In this document: piece by piece, positions 1-7,614 of the stretch
Layout of the letters: every line of letters starts with the position of its first letter
How positions within the stretch are numbered: the first letter of the stretch is position 1
NCBI GenBank assembly: GCA_948444795.1
Contig: CAOJUX010000001.1
Coordinates: 57,828-81,827, forward strand
Direction of reading: 5' to 3'
Source: an uncultured Erysipelotrichaceae bacterium
GTDB lineage: Bacteria > Bacillota_I > Bacilli_A > RF39 > UBA660
Length of the DNA stretch: 24,000 nucleotides
Notes under the pieces: generated by a model
What the model was told of the DNA's origin: nothing
Databases searched by the model: none
Seen by the model: the letters and a program-made list of their open reading frames with translations, nothing else
Made by a program: the position numbers and the translations under genes

Positions 1-205
1 AATCGCCTTTATTACAATAATTTTGAGTATTGACAGCCATATTATTCCACAAAATACATTTAATAAAATCTGCTTCATAAATTCCATCAGAATTTTTAAA
101 TCCCCTTGATACTGCTATTGTAATAGTTGTGACTTTTTTGGCTCCATCTATTTCTACTACTTCTGCTGGTGCGGTTAATCTACCAACTAAAATTACTTGA
201 TTCAT
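1..205 (-). CDS. ssb: single-stranded DNA-binding protein, N-terminal part (gene runs off the window start)
   Basis: Not in the ORF track because it is partial. The reverse-strand ATG is at 205-203, preceded by the RBS AAAGGAGGAA (complement of 211-220). My translation is MNQVILVGRLTAPAEVVEIDGAKKVTTITIAVSRGFKNSDGIYEADFIKCILWNNMAVNTQNYCNKGD. It has the OB-fold SSB N-terminal pattern (VxLxGRLT..PE ... ADFIxCxxW). Confidence 0.75.
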   Translation of the reverse strand, partial: MNQVILVGRLTAPAEVVEIDGAKKVTTITIAVSRGFKNSDGIYEADFIKCILWNNMAVNTQNYCNKGD

Positions 206-313
206 CTTTTTTCCTCCTTTCTTTTTATGCACTTTAGCATACGAGAAATAAGGCGTCAAATGCCTAAAAATAAGATTTTAAAGTCCAAAATATAAATTTT
301 TAAAACAAAAAAT

Positions 314-335
314 ATGAATTGATATATCAATTCAT
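314..335 (-). terminator. perfect 22-bp palindrome ATGAATTGATATATCAATTCAT, likely the sufB terminator (an operator role is not excluded)
   Basis: The arms are 11 bp each. On the minus strand the hairpin is followed by ATTTTTTGTTTT. It lies about 130 nt downstream of the sufB stop. The stem is AT-rich, so confidence is only moderate. Confidence 0.45.
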
Positions 336-463
336 AAAAAGTATTAAATTAAAATAAAAATTTATATAATTTTAATTTTTTTATCTAAAACTTGGTTATT
401 TGGTATATCTATCTTAATAAGACCAATAATCCAATCTTTAATATATTTTAATATAACAACAAA

Positions 464-1756
464 TTAATCTTTTATTAATCTATTAAGTTCAACAGCATAT
501 TCCATTGGCAATTCTTTTTTAAAAACACTTATAAAACCCATTACGATTAGTTCTTTTGCTCTTTCTTCAGTTAAACCTAAATTTTCTAAATAAATTAATT
601 GTTCTTCGTCAATTTTTGAAATACTAGCTTCATGTGAAATTCTTCCACTTCTATTCTCAACTATATTAGTTGGATAGGTATCGCTTTTAGAAGTATCATC
701 TAAAAGAATAGTATCACATTTAATTTCTGCCATTGAATTTTCGGCATTTCTGCTTATTTTTGTAGTTCCTCTATAATTTGCAACTCCACCTTTTTCAGCA
801 ATTGATTTACTAACAATATTACTTTTAGTATTTTTGCCTATATGTATCATTTTAGCACCAGCATCTAAATTTTGACCATTTTTAGCATAAGCAACACTAA
901 TAGAATTTCCTTTTGCATAATCGCCTTTTAATATACAAGAAGGATATTTCATAGTAACTTTACTACCTATATTACCATCTATCCATTCCATTGTTCCATA
1001 ATTATCTACAATTGCTCTTTTTGTTACTAAATTATAAACATCAGTACTCCAATTTTGAATAGTCGAATATCTCATACTAGCATTTTTTCCCACAAATATC
1101 TCTACAACTCCAGCATGAAGTGAATTTTGGGAATAACTTTTAGCTGTGCATCCTTCTATATACTCTAAAGAAGAGTTATCATCTACTATAATAATTGTTC
1201 TTTCAAATTGTCCTAAGCTCTCAGTCTCAATCCGAAAATAGCTTTGAAGAGGCCTGTCTAACTTTGTATTTTTAGGAATATAAATGAATGTTCCCCCACT
1301 CCAAACTGCTCCATTTAAAGCTGTGTATTTATTTTCATAAAATTTAACTAGGCTATTAAAATACTTTTTAAATAAATCAGGGTATTTTCTTAAAGCTTCA
1401 TCTGTTGATAAAAAAATAATATCTTTATTAGTCTTTTTTTTATGATAAATTACTTCGCTTTCAAATTGATTAGAAACACCATCTAAATATTTTTGCTCTG
1501 CATTAATAACTCCAAGATCATTAAAAGATTTTTTTACCTCTTTATCTACTTCATTCCAATCATTTTTATTTTTTTCATAATTATTTTTATAATATAAAAT
1601 ATCCTCAAAGGAAAAATTTAAGTCTGGTCCAAATTTAGGATTTTCTAATTCTAAAAATTTTTCATATGATTTTAATCTAAAATCTAACATCCAACTAGGT
1701 TCTTTTTTATTTTTTGATAAATTAATTATAAAATCTTTTGTTAATTTTTCTTTCAT
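464..1756 (-). CDS. sufB: Fe-S cluster assembly protein SufB/SufD family
   Basis: The 430-aa ORF shows the SufB beta-helix core by eye (GAVWSGGTFIYIPKN, FERTIIIVDDNSSLEYIEGCTA, AGAKMIHIG, SHEASISKIDEEQLIYL...G). An RBS-like sequence lies upstream. Confidence 0.85.
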   Translation of the reverse strand: MKEKLTKDFIINLSKNKKEPSWMLDFRLKSYEKFLELENPKFGPDLNFSFEDILYYKNNYEKNKNDWNEVDKEVKKSFNDLGVINAEQKYLDGVSNQFESEVIYHKKKTNKDIIFLSTDEALRKYPDLFKKYFNSLVKFYENKYTALNGAVWSGGTFIYIPKNTKLDRPLQSYFRIETESLGQFERTIIIVDDNSSLEYIEGCTAKSYSQNSLHAGVVEIFVGKNASMRYSTIQNWSTDVYNLVTKRAIVDNYGTMEWIDGNIGSKVTMKYPSCILKGDYAKGNSISVAYAKNGQNLDAGAKMIHIGKNTKSNIVSKSIAEKGGVANYRGTTKISRNAENSMAEIKCDTILLDDTSKSDTYPTNIVENRSGRISHEASISKIDEEQLIYLENLGLTEERAKELIVMGFISVFKKELPMEYAVELNRLIKD

Positions 1757-1803
1757 AAGACACCACTATTTGTGATTATACTACTTTTTTTTCCACTTAA
1801 CAA

Positions 1804-1832
1804 TTGAAAAATATCTATTAATTTGATATACT
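1804..1832 (+). promoter_or_regulatory. sigma-A type promoter for the 1859-2549 gene pair
   Basis: The -35 TTGAAA is at 1804-1809 and the spacer is 17 nt. The extended -10 TGATATACT has its hexamer at 1827-1832. The RBS AAGGAGG at about 1845 follows. Confidence 0.6.
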
Positions 1833-1858
1833 TTAATAAATAATAAGGAGGATTATAT

Positions 1859-2164
1859 ATGAGCGGCTATAATAATCAAAAAATTAATGCTGCTTATATA
1901 AATGCTTGGCAGCAAAATAATCCTAAATTATTAGAATTAAAAACAGACGGTGAAACTTTAAAATTTAATAATGAAACAATTAATATAAGTAATGTATATA
2001 TGCAAGATTTACTTATAAATCCTAATTTATTTTACAATATAGCATCAATAAGTAGTAAAGTATTATTTGAGATTATAAAAACTCATACTATTGCTTTAAA
2101 AATTAAAGAATTGACAATGCTAGAAAAAGTAAGGAGCTGGAATAAATATGAGCAAAATAAATGA
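1859..2164 (+). CDS. hypothetical protein (101 aa)
   Basis: ORF with a strong RBS (AAGGAGG) and an upstream promoter. I recognise no family. Confidence 0.5.
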   Translation: MSGYNNQKINAAYINAWQQNNPKLLELKTDGETLKFNNETINISNVYMQDLLINPNLFYNIASISSKVLFEIIKTHTIALKIKELTMLEKVRSWNKYEQNK

Positions 2165-2549
2165 TTATTATTGTACAGTAGATGAATATTTTGAATTATC
2201 GAAAAAAATGAAAGAAAATTTAACTCCAATTGAAGAAATTAAAATAATTAATTTTGAAAATTTTATTACCTTAGCTGAACAAAATGAAGATTTTGTGTCT
2301 AATGAAGTTTTGAATATTCTTAATGAATATCGTCAAAAAAGAGCTTTATTAATAAGCCCAGAAAATGAAAAAAATGATAATAAAATTATTCAATTTAAAA
2401 GTTTTCCAAAAACTCCTACTGATAAAGTTGAAGAAAAAGTTTATACCAGAAAATTAAGTAAAACTGGTTATATAAACGCTTCTATTATGTTAATTGTTAT
2501 TTTAAATATAGGATTTATAGTTGCACTAACTATGATATTTATGAGATAA
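2148..2549 (+). CDS. hypothetical tail-anchored membrane protein (133 aa)
   Basis: Its start overlaps the upstream ORF and has an AGGAG RBS. It has a single C-terminal hydrophobic helix (YINASIMLIVILNIGFIVALTMIF). I recognise no family. Confidence 0.5.
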   Translation: MSKINDYYCTVDEYFELSKKMKENLTPIEEIKIINFENFITLAEQNEDFVSNEVLNILNEYRQKRALLISPENEKNDNKIIQFKSFPKTPTDKVEEKVYTRKLSKTGYINASIMLIVILNIGFIVALTMIFMR

Positions 2550-2574
2550 AAAAATCAATATATACAATATGTAC

Positions 2575-2603
2575 CTCATTTTACAAAAAAAAATGAGTTT
2601 TTT
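2575..2603 (+). terminator. intrinsic terminator after 2148-2549
   Basis: The stem CTCATTTT/AAAATGAG (2575-2597) is followed by TTTTTT (2598-2603). The stem is AT-rich. Confidence 0.55.
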
Positions 2604-2663
2604 AATAATAATGTATTTTTTTGATTATATTTTTATTTTTAAAAGTAACAAATTTTAATTATG

Positions 2664-3608
2664 CTAATGTTTACTCTTTCTATAGACTAATATTGAATCA
2701 CTTATTGTACTATCATTAAATTTTATCCCATCAACGCCTAAAAATGAAATCAGTTGTGGATTATATTCTCGTAATATTTCAAAAACTTTTTCTAAATTAT
2801 ATATTGGGTTCCAATCTTGCTGATATGGAGTATTTCTAACAGTTTTATATAAATAACTAATTAAAATTACCCCATTATCATTTAAATTTTTTGACATATT
2901 ATCTATCATTATTTTTAAAAAATGTCTTGAAATATATGTTCCAATATTTGATAACCATATTGAATCAAATTGCCTAGGTATTTTTGTTTTAAATACATCG
3001 CCAGTAATAAATTCTAATTTTGTTTTTTTTATTTTTGATTTTACTTCATCATATAATATATCATTTTGCAAATAAGGATTACATCCTATTATCACATCTA
3101 CTTTATCTTCATCAAAATAAAATAATTCTTTTCGTATATTTAATCCTTTAATGTTCGAAAATAATTCATCCCAAATTAAATAAGACTCATAATCTAATAA
3201 TCTTAAAGTCAATTTAATTCTTTTATAAATATCATTATTAAAAGCTGATTTATTATCTCTAAACGTCTTATATTTATAGCTTAAAAAATTTAAAAATTCA
3301 CTTCTGCTCAATTCTAGCAAGCAACTTATTTTTAAATAAATATAAAATTTTGCATATGGACAAATATCCAAACAAACTATATCTCTACAATCAAATAAGC
3401 TCCCATTTATAATCTGATCACCAGATGATCCAACAGTTAATAATGTTCTATCAGATAAATTAAAATTGTTTATATAACCCGCAATATTTTCTGTCGTAAA
3501 AGGGTATAACAATTGAAAATTTTTGGCGATATCTTCTACAAACATTCCATTGCATTTATTAATCGCGTTCATCACAAGTGTTTCAAAATTCAAATTTTTT
3601 TCATACAT
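2664..3608 (-). CDS. DUF3419/BtaA-like SAM-dependent transferase-fold protein
   Basis: The 314-aa ORF has LLTVGSSGDQIING...VCLDICPYAKFYIYLK, which resembles the SAM-binding and adjacent helices of the DUF3419 (BtaA-like) family. The later FDSIWLSNIG...L..NGVILISY also fits. The call is by eye only. Confidence 0.5.
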   Translation of the reverse strand: MYEKNLNFETLVMNAINKCNGMFVEDIAKNFQLLYPFTTENIAGYINNFNLSDRTLLTVGSSGDQIINGSLFDCRDIVCLDICPYAKFYIYLKISCLLELSRSEFLNFLSYKYKTFRDNKSAFNNDIYKRIKLTLRLLDYESYLIWDELFSNIKGLNIRKELFYFDEDKVDVIIGCNPYLQNDILYDEVKSKIKKTKLEFITGDVFKTKIPRQFDSIWLSNIGTYISRHFLKIMIDNMSKNLNDNGVILISYLYKTVRNTPYQQDWNPIYNLEKVFEILREYNPQLISFLGVDGIKFNDSTISDSILVYRKSKH

Positions 3609-3832
3609 TTGGTATCACCTCAGCATTTAAAATTAATTATTATTATAACATATAATCAAACTATTTTAATATAAATGTTTAATAAAAAATGATAATAATC
3701 TCTGATAAAATTTTAAATTCTATTAAGTAATAAATAGTAGTAAAACACTACTAAAATCTTATATATGCTCTTTAAAATAAAATTATTTAATCAAAATCAC
3801 ATTCTTATTTTAAAATAAAATAGAAATTTATA

Positions 3833-3880
3833 GAAATTAAAAGGACTGTTTTCCTATAATTTTATAGGGTTCAGTCCTTT
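3833..3880 (-). terminator. intrinsic terminator of spoVS
   Basis: The long hairpin pairs AAGGACTG (3841-3848) with CAGTCCTT (3872-3879) and has an inner CCTATAA/TTATAGG stem. On the minus strand it is followed by a U-rich run. It starts 20 nt after the spoVS stop. Confidence 0.7.
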
Positions 3881-3900
3881 AGATAATCATATAAACTTTT

Positions 3901-4161
3901 TTATTTAGCTTCGACAATTAATTTAATTGCTGTTTTTGCTTCTCCATTGATTAAAATATCACTAAATGCTGGTATGACGATTAAATTATCTCCGCTTGGG
4001 GCAACAAATCCTCTTGCTATTGCTATTGCTTTTATCGCTTGATTTAAGCTTCCTGCTCCTATTGTTTGGATTTCTACAGATTTACTTTCACGATATATAT
4101 TAGCAATTGCTCCTGCTACTTTACTAGGGTTAGATTTTGATGATACTTTTAATATTTCCAT
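3901..4161 (-). CDS. spoVS: stage V sporulation protein S
   Basis: The 86-aa product MEILKVSSKSNPSKVAGAIA...IGAGSLNQAIKAIAIARGFVAPSGDNLIVIPAF...TAIKLIV is almost colinear with B. subtilis SpoVS. The RBS is AAAGGAGGA. Confidence 0.95.
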   Translation of the reverse strand: MEILKVSSKSNPSKVAGAIANIYRESKSVEIQTIGAGSLNQAIKAIAIARGFVAPSGDNLIVIPAFSDILINGEAKTAIKLIVEAK

Positions 4162-4214
4162 ATTTCCTCCTTTAAAAATTTATTACATTAAAATATATGA
4201 AGGAAAAATAAATA

Positions 4215-4727
4215 TTATTCTGCTTCTTCAATAAAATTTCTACTTTTATGAGGTTCTTCTCTTAATAAATCTTGATAATCTTGTTGTCTTAATGCCTCAT
4301 ATATCATAATTGCTACAGAGTTTGATAAATTTAAAGCACGTACTTTATCGGTCATCGGTATACGCATACAATTATTAATGAAAGGTTTTAATATTTTGGG
4401 AGGAATCCCTGTACTCTCTTTTCCAAAAATAAAATAAATATTCTCTTCTTTATTGCTATAGTCAAAAGTAGAATGAGGTTTATGTCCATATCTTGTTAGA
4501 AAATAATATGTACCTTTATTTTTCTTGAAAAATTCTTGAATATTTTCATATAATGTATAATTACAATATTTAATATAATTTACTCCACTTCTTTTAATGT
4601 ATTTCTCTTCAAGGGAAAAACCTAATGGTTTTATTAAATGAAGGGGTGTATTAGTAGCAACGCAAGTACGCATTATATTTCCTGTATTTCCAGGAATTTC
4701 TGGTTCAAATAAAACTATATTTAACAT
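4215..4727 (-). CDS. trmL: tRNA (cytidine/uridine-2'-O-)-methyltransferase TrmL (SpoU/TrmH family)
   Basis: The motifs are LFEPEIPGNTGNIMRTC, FIFGKESTGIP, IPM....RALNLSNSVAIMIYEALRQ. These are typical of YibK/TrmL. Confidence 0.9.
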   Translation of the reverse strand: MLNIVLFEPEIPGNTGNIMRTCVATNTPLHLIKPLGFSLEEKYIKRSGVNYIKYCNYTLYENIQEFFKKNKGTYYFLTRYGHKPHSTFDYSNKEENIYFIFGKESTGIPPKILKPFINNCMRIPMTDKVRALNLSNSVAIMIYEALRQQDYQDLLREEPHKSRNFIEEAE

Positions 4728-4728
4728 G

Positions 4729-5262
4729 TTACTTATTTACCTTAAATTCATACATATCAAGCAAATGCTCAAAATCACCAACATTTATCATATTATCATC
4801 AAAACGTGTTACTATACCATCGCTTACTAATTTTCTATTTTTAAAATAAAGAATTGTTGGAACACTTTGTATTTTATGGTCTAAATTAAAAACATTATTT
4901 ATTTTATCTATATAACCATCTTCATTTTTTAAATCAGTTATATCTATATAATAAAAAATATCATTTAATTTATATTTATCAATTATTTTTTTTAAACTTT
5001 TTTCTAAATTATATATTTCTTCATCATTATGAAATCCTATAAAAATAAAATATTCACTAGGAGCTTCAGAAAAAGTATTTTCTATTTCAGCTATATCATT
5101 TACTTCCAAACTAACAGTTTTAGAACTTACTAGGTAACTTTTGCTATATTTTTTATCTTTAAACAAATTTATCCAACTAAATATATAAAATACAAATAAT
5201 ATAGAAAATATACAAATTATAATAGCAATAATATATTTTTTTAAAGAAATATTTTTTTTCAT
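4729..5262 (-). CDS. membrane-anchored thioredoxin-fold protein (no CxxC seen)
   Basis: It has an N-terminal TM helix (YIIAIIICIFSILFVFYIFSWI). The C-terminal VPTILYFKNRKLV is typical of the thioredoxin fold. It is tightly coupled to trmL, with its stop at 4729 and the trmL start at 4727. Confidence 0.45.
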   Translation of the reverse strand: MKKNISLKKYIIAIIICIFSILFVFYIFSWINLFKDKKYSKSYLVSSKTVSLEVNDIAEIENTFSEAPSEYFIFIGFHNDEEIYNLEKSLKKIIDKYKLNDIFYYIDITDLKNEDGYIDKINNVFNLDHKIQSVPTILYFKNRKLVSDGIVTRFDDNMINVGDFEHLLDMYEFKVNK

Positions 5263-5284
5263 ATATATCTACCTTCTTAAAATG

Positions 5285-5313
5285 ATTTTAACAAAAATAA
5301 TAAAAAGTATCAA
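5285..5313 (-). promoter_or_regulatory. sigma-A type promoter for the 5262-4215 operon
   Basis: On the minus strand the -35 TTGATA is at 5313-5308 and the spacer is 17 nt. The extended -10 is TGTTAAAAT, with its hexamer at 5290-5285. Confidence 0.55.
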
Positions 5314-5417
5314 CTTGTGAATTTAAAAAACAGAGATATTTAATTATTTTTCAAATTTAGGTTAATGCCTTTACTAAAAAAGCCTCTGTGAATAATATAA
5401 GCTAGGGGGTTTTATTA

Positions 5418-5897
5418 ATGTTGTTTGAAAATAATAATTATAATTATGACTATGATTATGATTTAGATGTAGATTTAAATTTATTAAATTTATCGGGTTT
5501 TGATCCAAATAATATAAAAAGAATTTATGATAATGCTAAATTATATAGTATAGAAGAAGGATTTTTAAGAGGTAATATGTGGAAAAATGAATATCTTCCA
5601 TATAAAAATTTAAAATATGGTAAATTAGTTCCAACTAATCAAGAAGAAGCATTAAAATTTAAAATAATGGCTCATGAATTTGCTTTAAATGACTTTAATC
5701 TATATTTAGATTTACATCCAGATGATATCGAAATATATCAAAAATTTAAAGAATGCATTGAACATTGTTTAAAATTACAAGATGAATATGCTAAAAAATA
5801 TGGGCCACTTATGTTAGTCCAAGATAAAGGTACTAAATATGATTGGATAAAAAATCCATGGCCTTGGGATAATGATGGAGGTAGTATGTATGTATAA
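5418..5897 (+). CDS. cotJB: spore coat protein, CotJA-like N-terminal half fused to a CotJB domain
   Basis: The N-terminal EEGFLRGNMWKNEYLPY matches the CotJA signature (ALRKGTLWKDLY.FY in B. subtilis). The C-terminal FALNDFNLYLDLHPDD...YAKKYGPL...NPWPW matches CotJB (LTLYLDTHPDD...YGPL...GPWPW). The RBS is AGGGGG. Confidence 0.75.
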   Translation: MLFENNNYNYDYDYDLDVDLNLLNLSGFDPNNIKRIYDNAKLYSIEEGFLRGNMWKNEYLPYKNLKYGKLVPTNQEEALKFKIMAHEFALNDFNLYLDLHPDDIEIYQKFKECIEHCLKLQDEYAKKYGPLMLVQDKGTKYDWIKNPWPWDNDGGSMYV

Positions 5898-6108
5898 ATA
5901 TATGAAAACTTTAACATATCCAGTTAATATAAAAAAGAAAAATTTGAAAATGGCCAAATATATGTATACTCAACTTGGTGGTCCTAATTCAGAACTTTCT
6001 GCAGCTCTTCGTTATTTTAGTCAAAAATTTTCTATGCCTGATGAAAAAGGAAAAGCGCTTTTGAATGATATAGCTACTGAAGAATTGAAACATACAATAT
6101 ATAAATGA
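5890..6108 (+). pseudogene. cotJC: cotJC (Mn-catalase-family spore coat protein), 5' fragment truncated by prophage insertion
   Basis: The start at 5890 (RBS GGAGG, overlapping the cotJB stop) gives MYKYMKTLTYPVNIKK...QLGGPNSELSAALRYFSQKFSMP...LLNDIATEELKH. This is colinear with roughly the first 68 residues of CotJC. After the conserved ...TEELxH it reads TIYK-stop instead of LEM..., whereas full-length CotJC is about 190 aa. Confidence 0.85.
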
Positions 6109-6590
6109 TATCATCCAACCATTATATAATGAATAATTTAAAATGTAGAAAACAAAAATTAAATGGTTTATTTGAATGTAAAAAAACAAATAAATTAATA
6201 AATATAAAAGAATGTAATAATTGTATATATAAAGAATATAAAGATAAAACAAAATGCACAATAAATCAAAAATATTGTGCAAAAATAAAAAATAGAACTT
6301 ATAAACAAACTAAGAAAGAAAAAAATCGTAAGTCTATTTTAACAAATGATTTAAATCATTGCATAATATGTGGTGCAAAAAAGGACCATCTTCACGAAGT
6401 ATTTTCAGGTGCTTATAGAACACATTCAATTAATGAAAACATGGTGTTACCTTTATGTGTTTTTCATCATACTCAAATTCATAAAGATATCGAATTAAGT
6501 TTATTCTGGAAACGACTCTGTCAACAAAAATTTGAAGAATCTCGAACAAGAGACGAATTTATCAAAATTTTTGGAAGAAGTTATTTATGA
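6105..6590 (+). CDS. Cys-rich zinc-ribbon plus HNH/His-Me-finger-like protein (NinG/Rap- or YbcO-like, tentative)
   Basis: The C-terminal half reads CIICGAKKDHLHEVFSGAYRTHSINENMVLPLCVFHHTQIH, giving the pattern CxxCG...H...R...N...C..HH..H. The N-terminal part has six spaced Cys residues and a K-rich linker. There is no obvious SD, and the ATG at 6105 overlaps the cotJC' TGA. An alternative start at 6129 is possible. Confidence 0.4.
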   Translation: MISSNHYIMNNLKCRKQKLNGLFECKKTNKLINIKECNNCIYKEYKDKTKCTINQKYCAKIKNRTYKQTKKEKNRKSILTNDLNHCIICGAKKDHLHEVFSGAYRTHSINENMVLPLCVFHHTQIHKDIELSLFWKRLCQQKFEESRTRDEFIKIFGRSYL

Positions 6591-6730
6591 AAGAAATATG
6601 GAAAGATATAAAAGGATATGAAGAATTGTATCAAGTTAGCAATCTTGGAACTGTTAAGGTCTTAACTTTTAGAAATAATAAATACACAATAAAAAAGGAA
6701 AGAAGGAATTATAATGAACAAAGAAAATAA
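6587..6730 (+). pseudogene. NUMOD4-motif fragment (N-terminal remnant of an HNH homing endonuclease), 47 codons
   Basis: Not in the ORF track. The ATG at 6587 overlaps the TGA of the previous ORF. MKEIWKDIKGYEELYQVSNLGTVKV is the classic NUMOD4 signature (WK.I.GYEG.YQVSN.G.V.S), but no HNH or DNA-binding part follows. Confidence 0.55.
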
Positions 6731-7562
6731 AAGTTATTTTAATAAACTTAAAGAAAGATTAGAAAATACTGATTGGGAACAATTGGCAAAAGATCGATAT
6801 CAAGAAGAAATAAATAATCCTAATAATTATTCATTTTGGTATCCTAAGGTAAAAGATTGTGGTATAAAAATGGTTAATTCAAGAATTTACAAGTTTTCAT
6901 ACGAAGCTTGGAATAAATTTAGGGAAATAGATGGCAATAAGCAGGCTTGGATTGATTATGTTAATTATATACAATCGTTAATAGAAAAAGATAAAACTTT
7001 AGAACATAAAAAAATATACAATATAAAAAATGGTTGTTTCAGTAACAAATTTAATGCAGTAGATTGTAATGTTAAATATAAAGATATTGCTAAAAAGTTT
7101 GTAGATATTCAATACACAAGTTACCTTTATGGGGCAGGTGGAACTACTGAATTAATTATACGTGATTATATAGATTACGATTATACTAAAACACCAACTA
7201 TTTATAATGGATTGCCATTAAGAACCGAATTTAGAGTATTTGTAGATTTTGATAGCGAAAAAGTTTTATATATAGTTAATTATTGGGATTACAATTATTG
7301 TTATCCTAGTATATATAATGCCACTGATAAAATTGTATTTAAACATATGAGAAACAAAATTCAAAAGGATTATGAAAAATATAAAGACTATGTAGTAAAC
7401 CAAGTTAAAGAAAAATTATTAAATTACAACAAAAGCAATAACAATGGACTTACAGGAAAATGGTCAATTGATATTATGAAAGAAAAAAATGACTTTTATT
7501 TAATAGATATGGCTATAGCTTATCAATCTGCTTATTGGGATTCTAGCAAAATTAAAAAATGA
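6714..7562 (+). CDS. ATP-grasp fold protein, CDC123/R2K-clade-like
   Basis: The RBS is GAAGGAA. The string of motifs resembles the R2K ATP-grasp clade. The motifs are IKNGCFSNKF (like SPKD), ELIIRDYIDY, LPLRTEFRVFVDFDSEKVLYIVNYWD (like EFRcFV...is.Rd) and WSIDIMKEKNDFYLIDMAIAYQSAYW (like DvY....v.LiDfNPf). The call is by eye only. Confidence 0.5.
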   Translation: MNKENKSYFNKLKERLENTDWEQLAKDRYQEEINNPNNYSFWYPKVKDCGIKMVNSRIYKFSYEAWNKFREIDGNKQAWIDYVNYIQSLIEKDKTLEHKKIYNIKNGCFSNKFNAVDCNVKYKDIAKKFVDIQYTSYLYGAGGTTELIIRDYIDYDYTKTPTIYNGLPLRTEFRVFVDFDSEKVLYIVNYWDYNYCYPSIYNATDKIVFKHMRNKIQKDYEKYKDYVVNQVKEKLLNYNKSNNNGLTGKWSIDIMKEKNDFYLIDMAIAYQSAYWDSSKIKK

Positions 7563-7614
7563 TATGTTTTGTCGATTTTAACATATTTCTTTCATTTTTG
7601 AATATAATAAAAAA

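Noticed and set aside
5314-5417. I searched for a sigma-E or sigma-K type promoter (CATA-type -10) upstream of the cotJ operon.
   Set aside because: No convincing CATACA-T or CATA...TA element sits at a sensible distance, so the promoter is left unannotated rather than forced.
5989-6282. A 97-aa minus-strand ORF rich in Y/I/L/F spans the cotJC-prophage junction.
   Set aside because: Its low-complexity composition is typical of antisense reading of AT-rich coding DNA. It has no RBS and overlaps two better-supported plus-strand ORFs.
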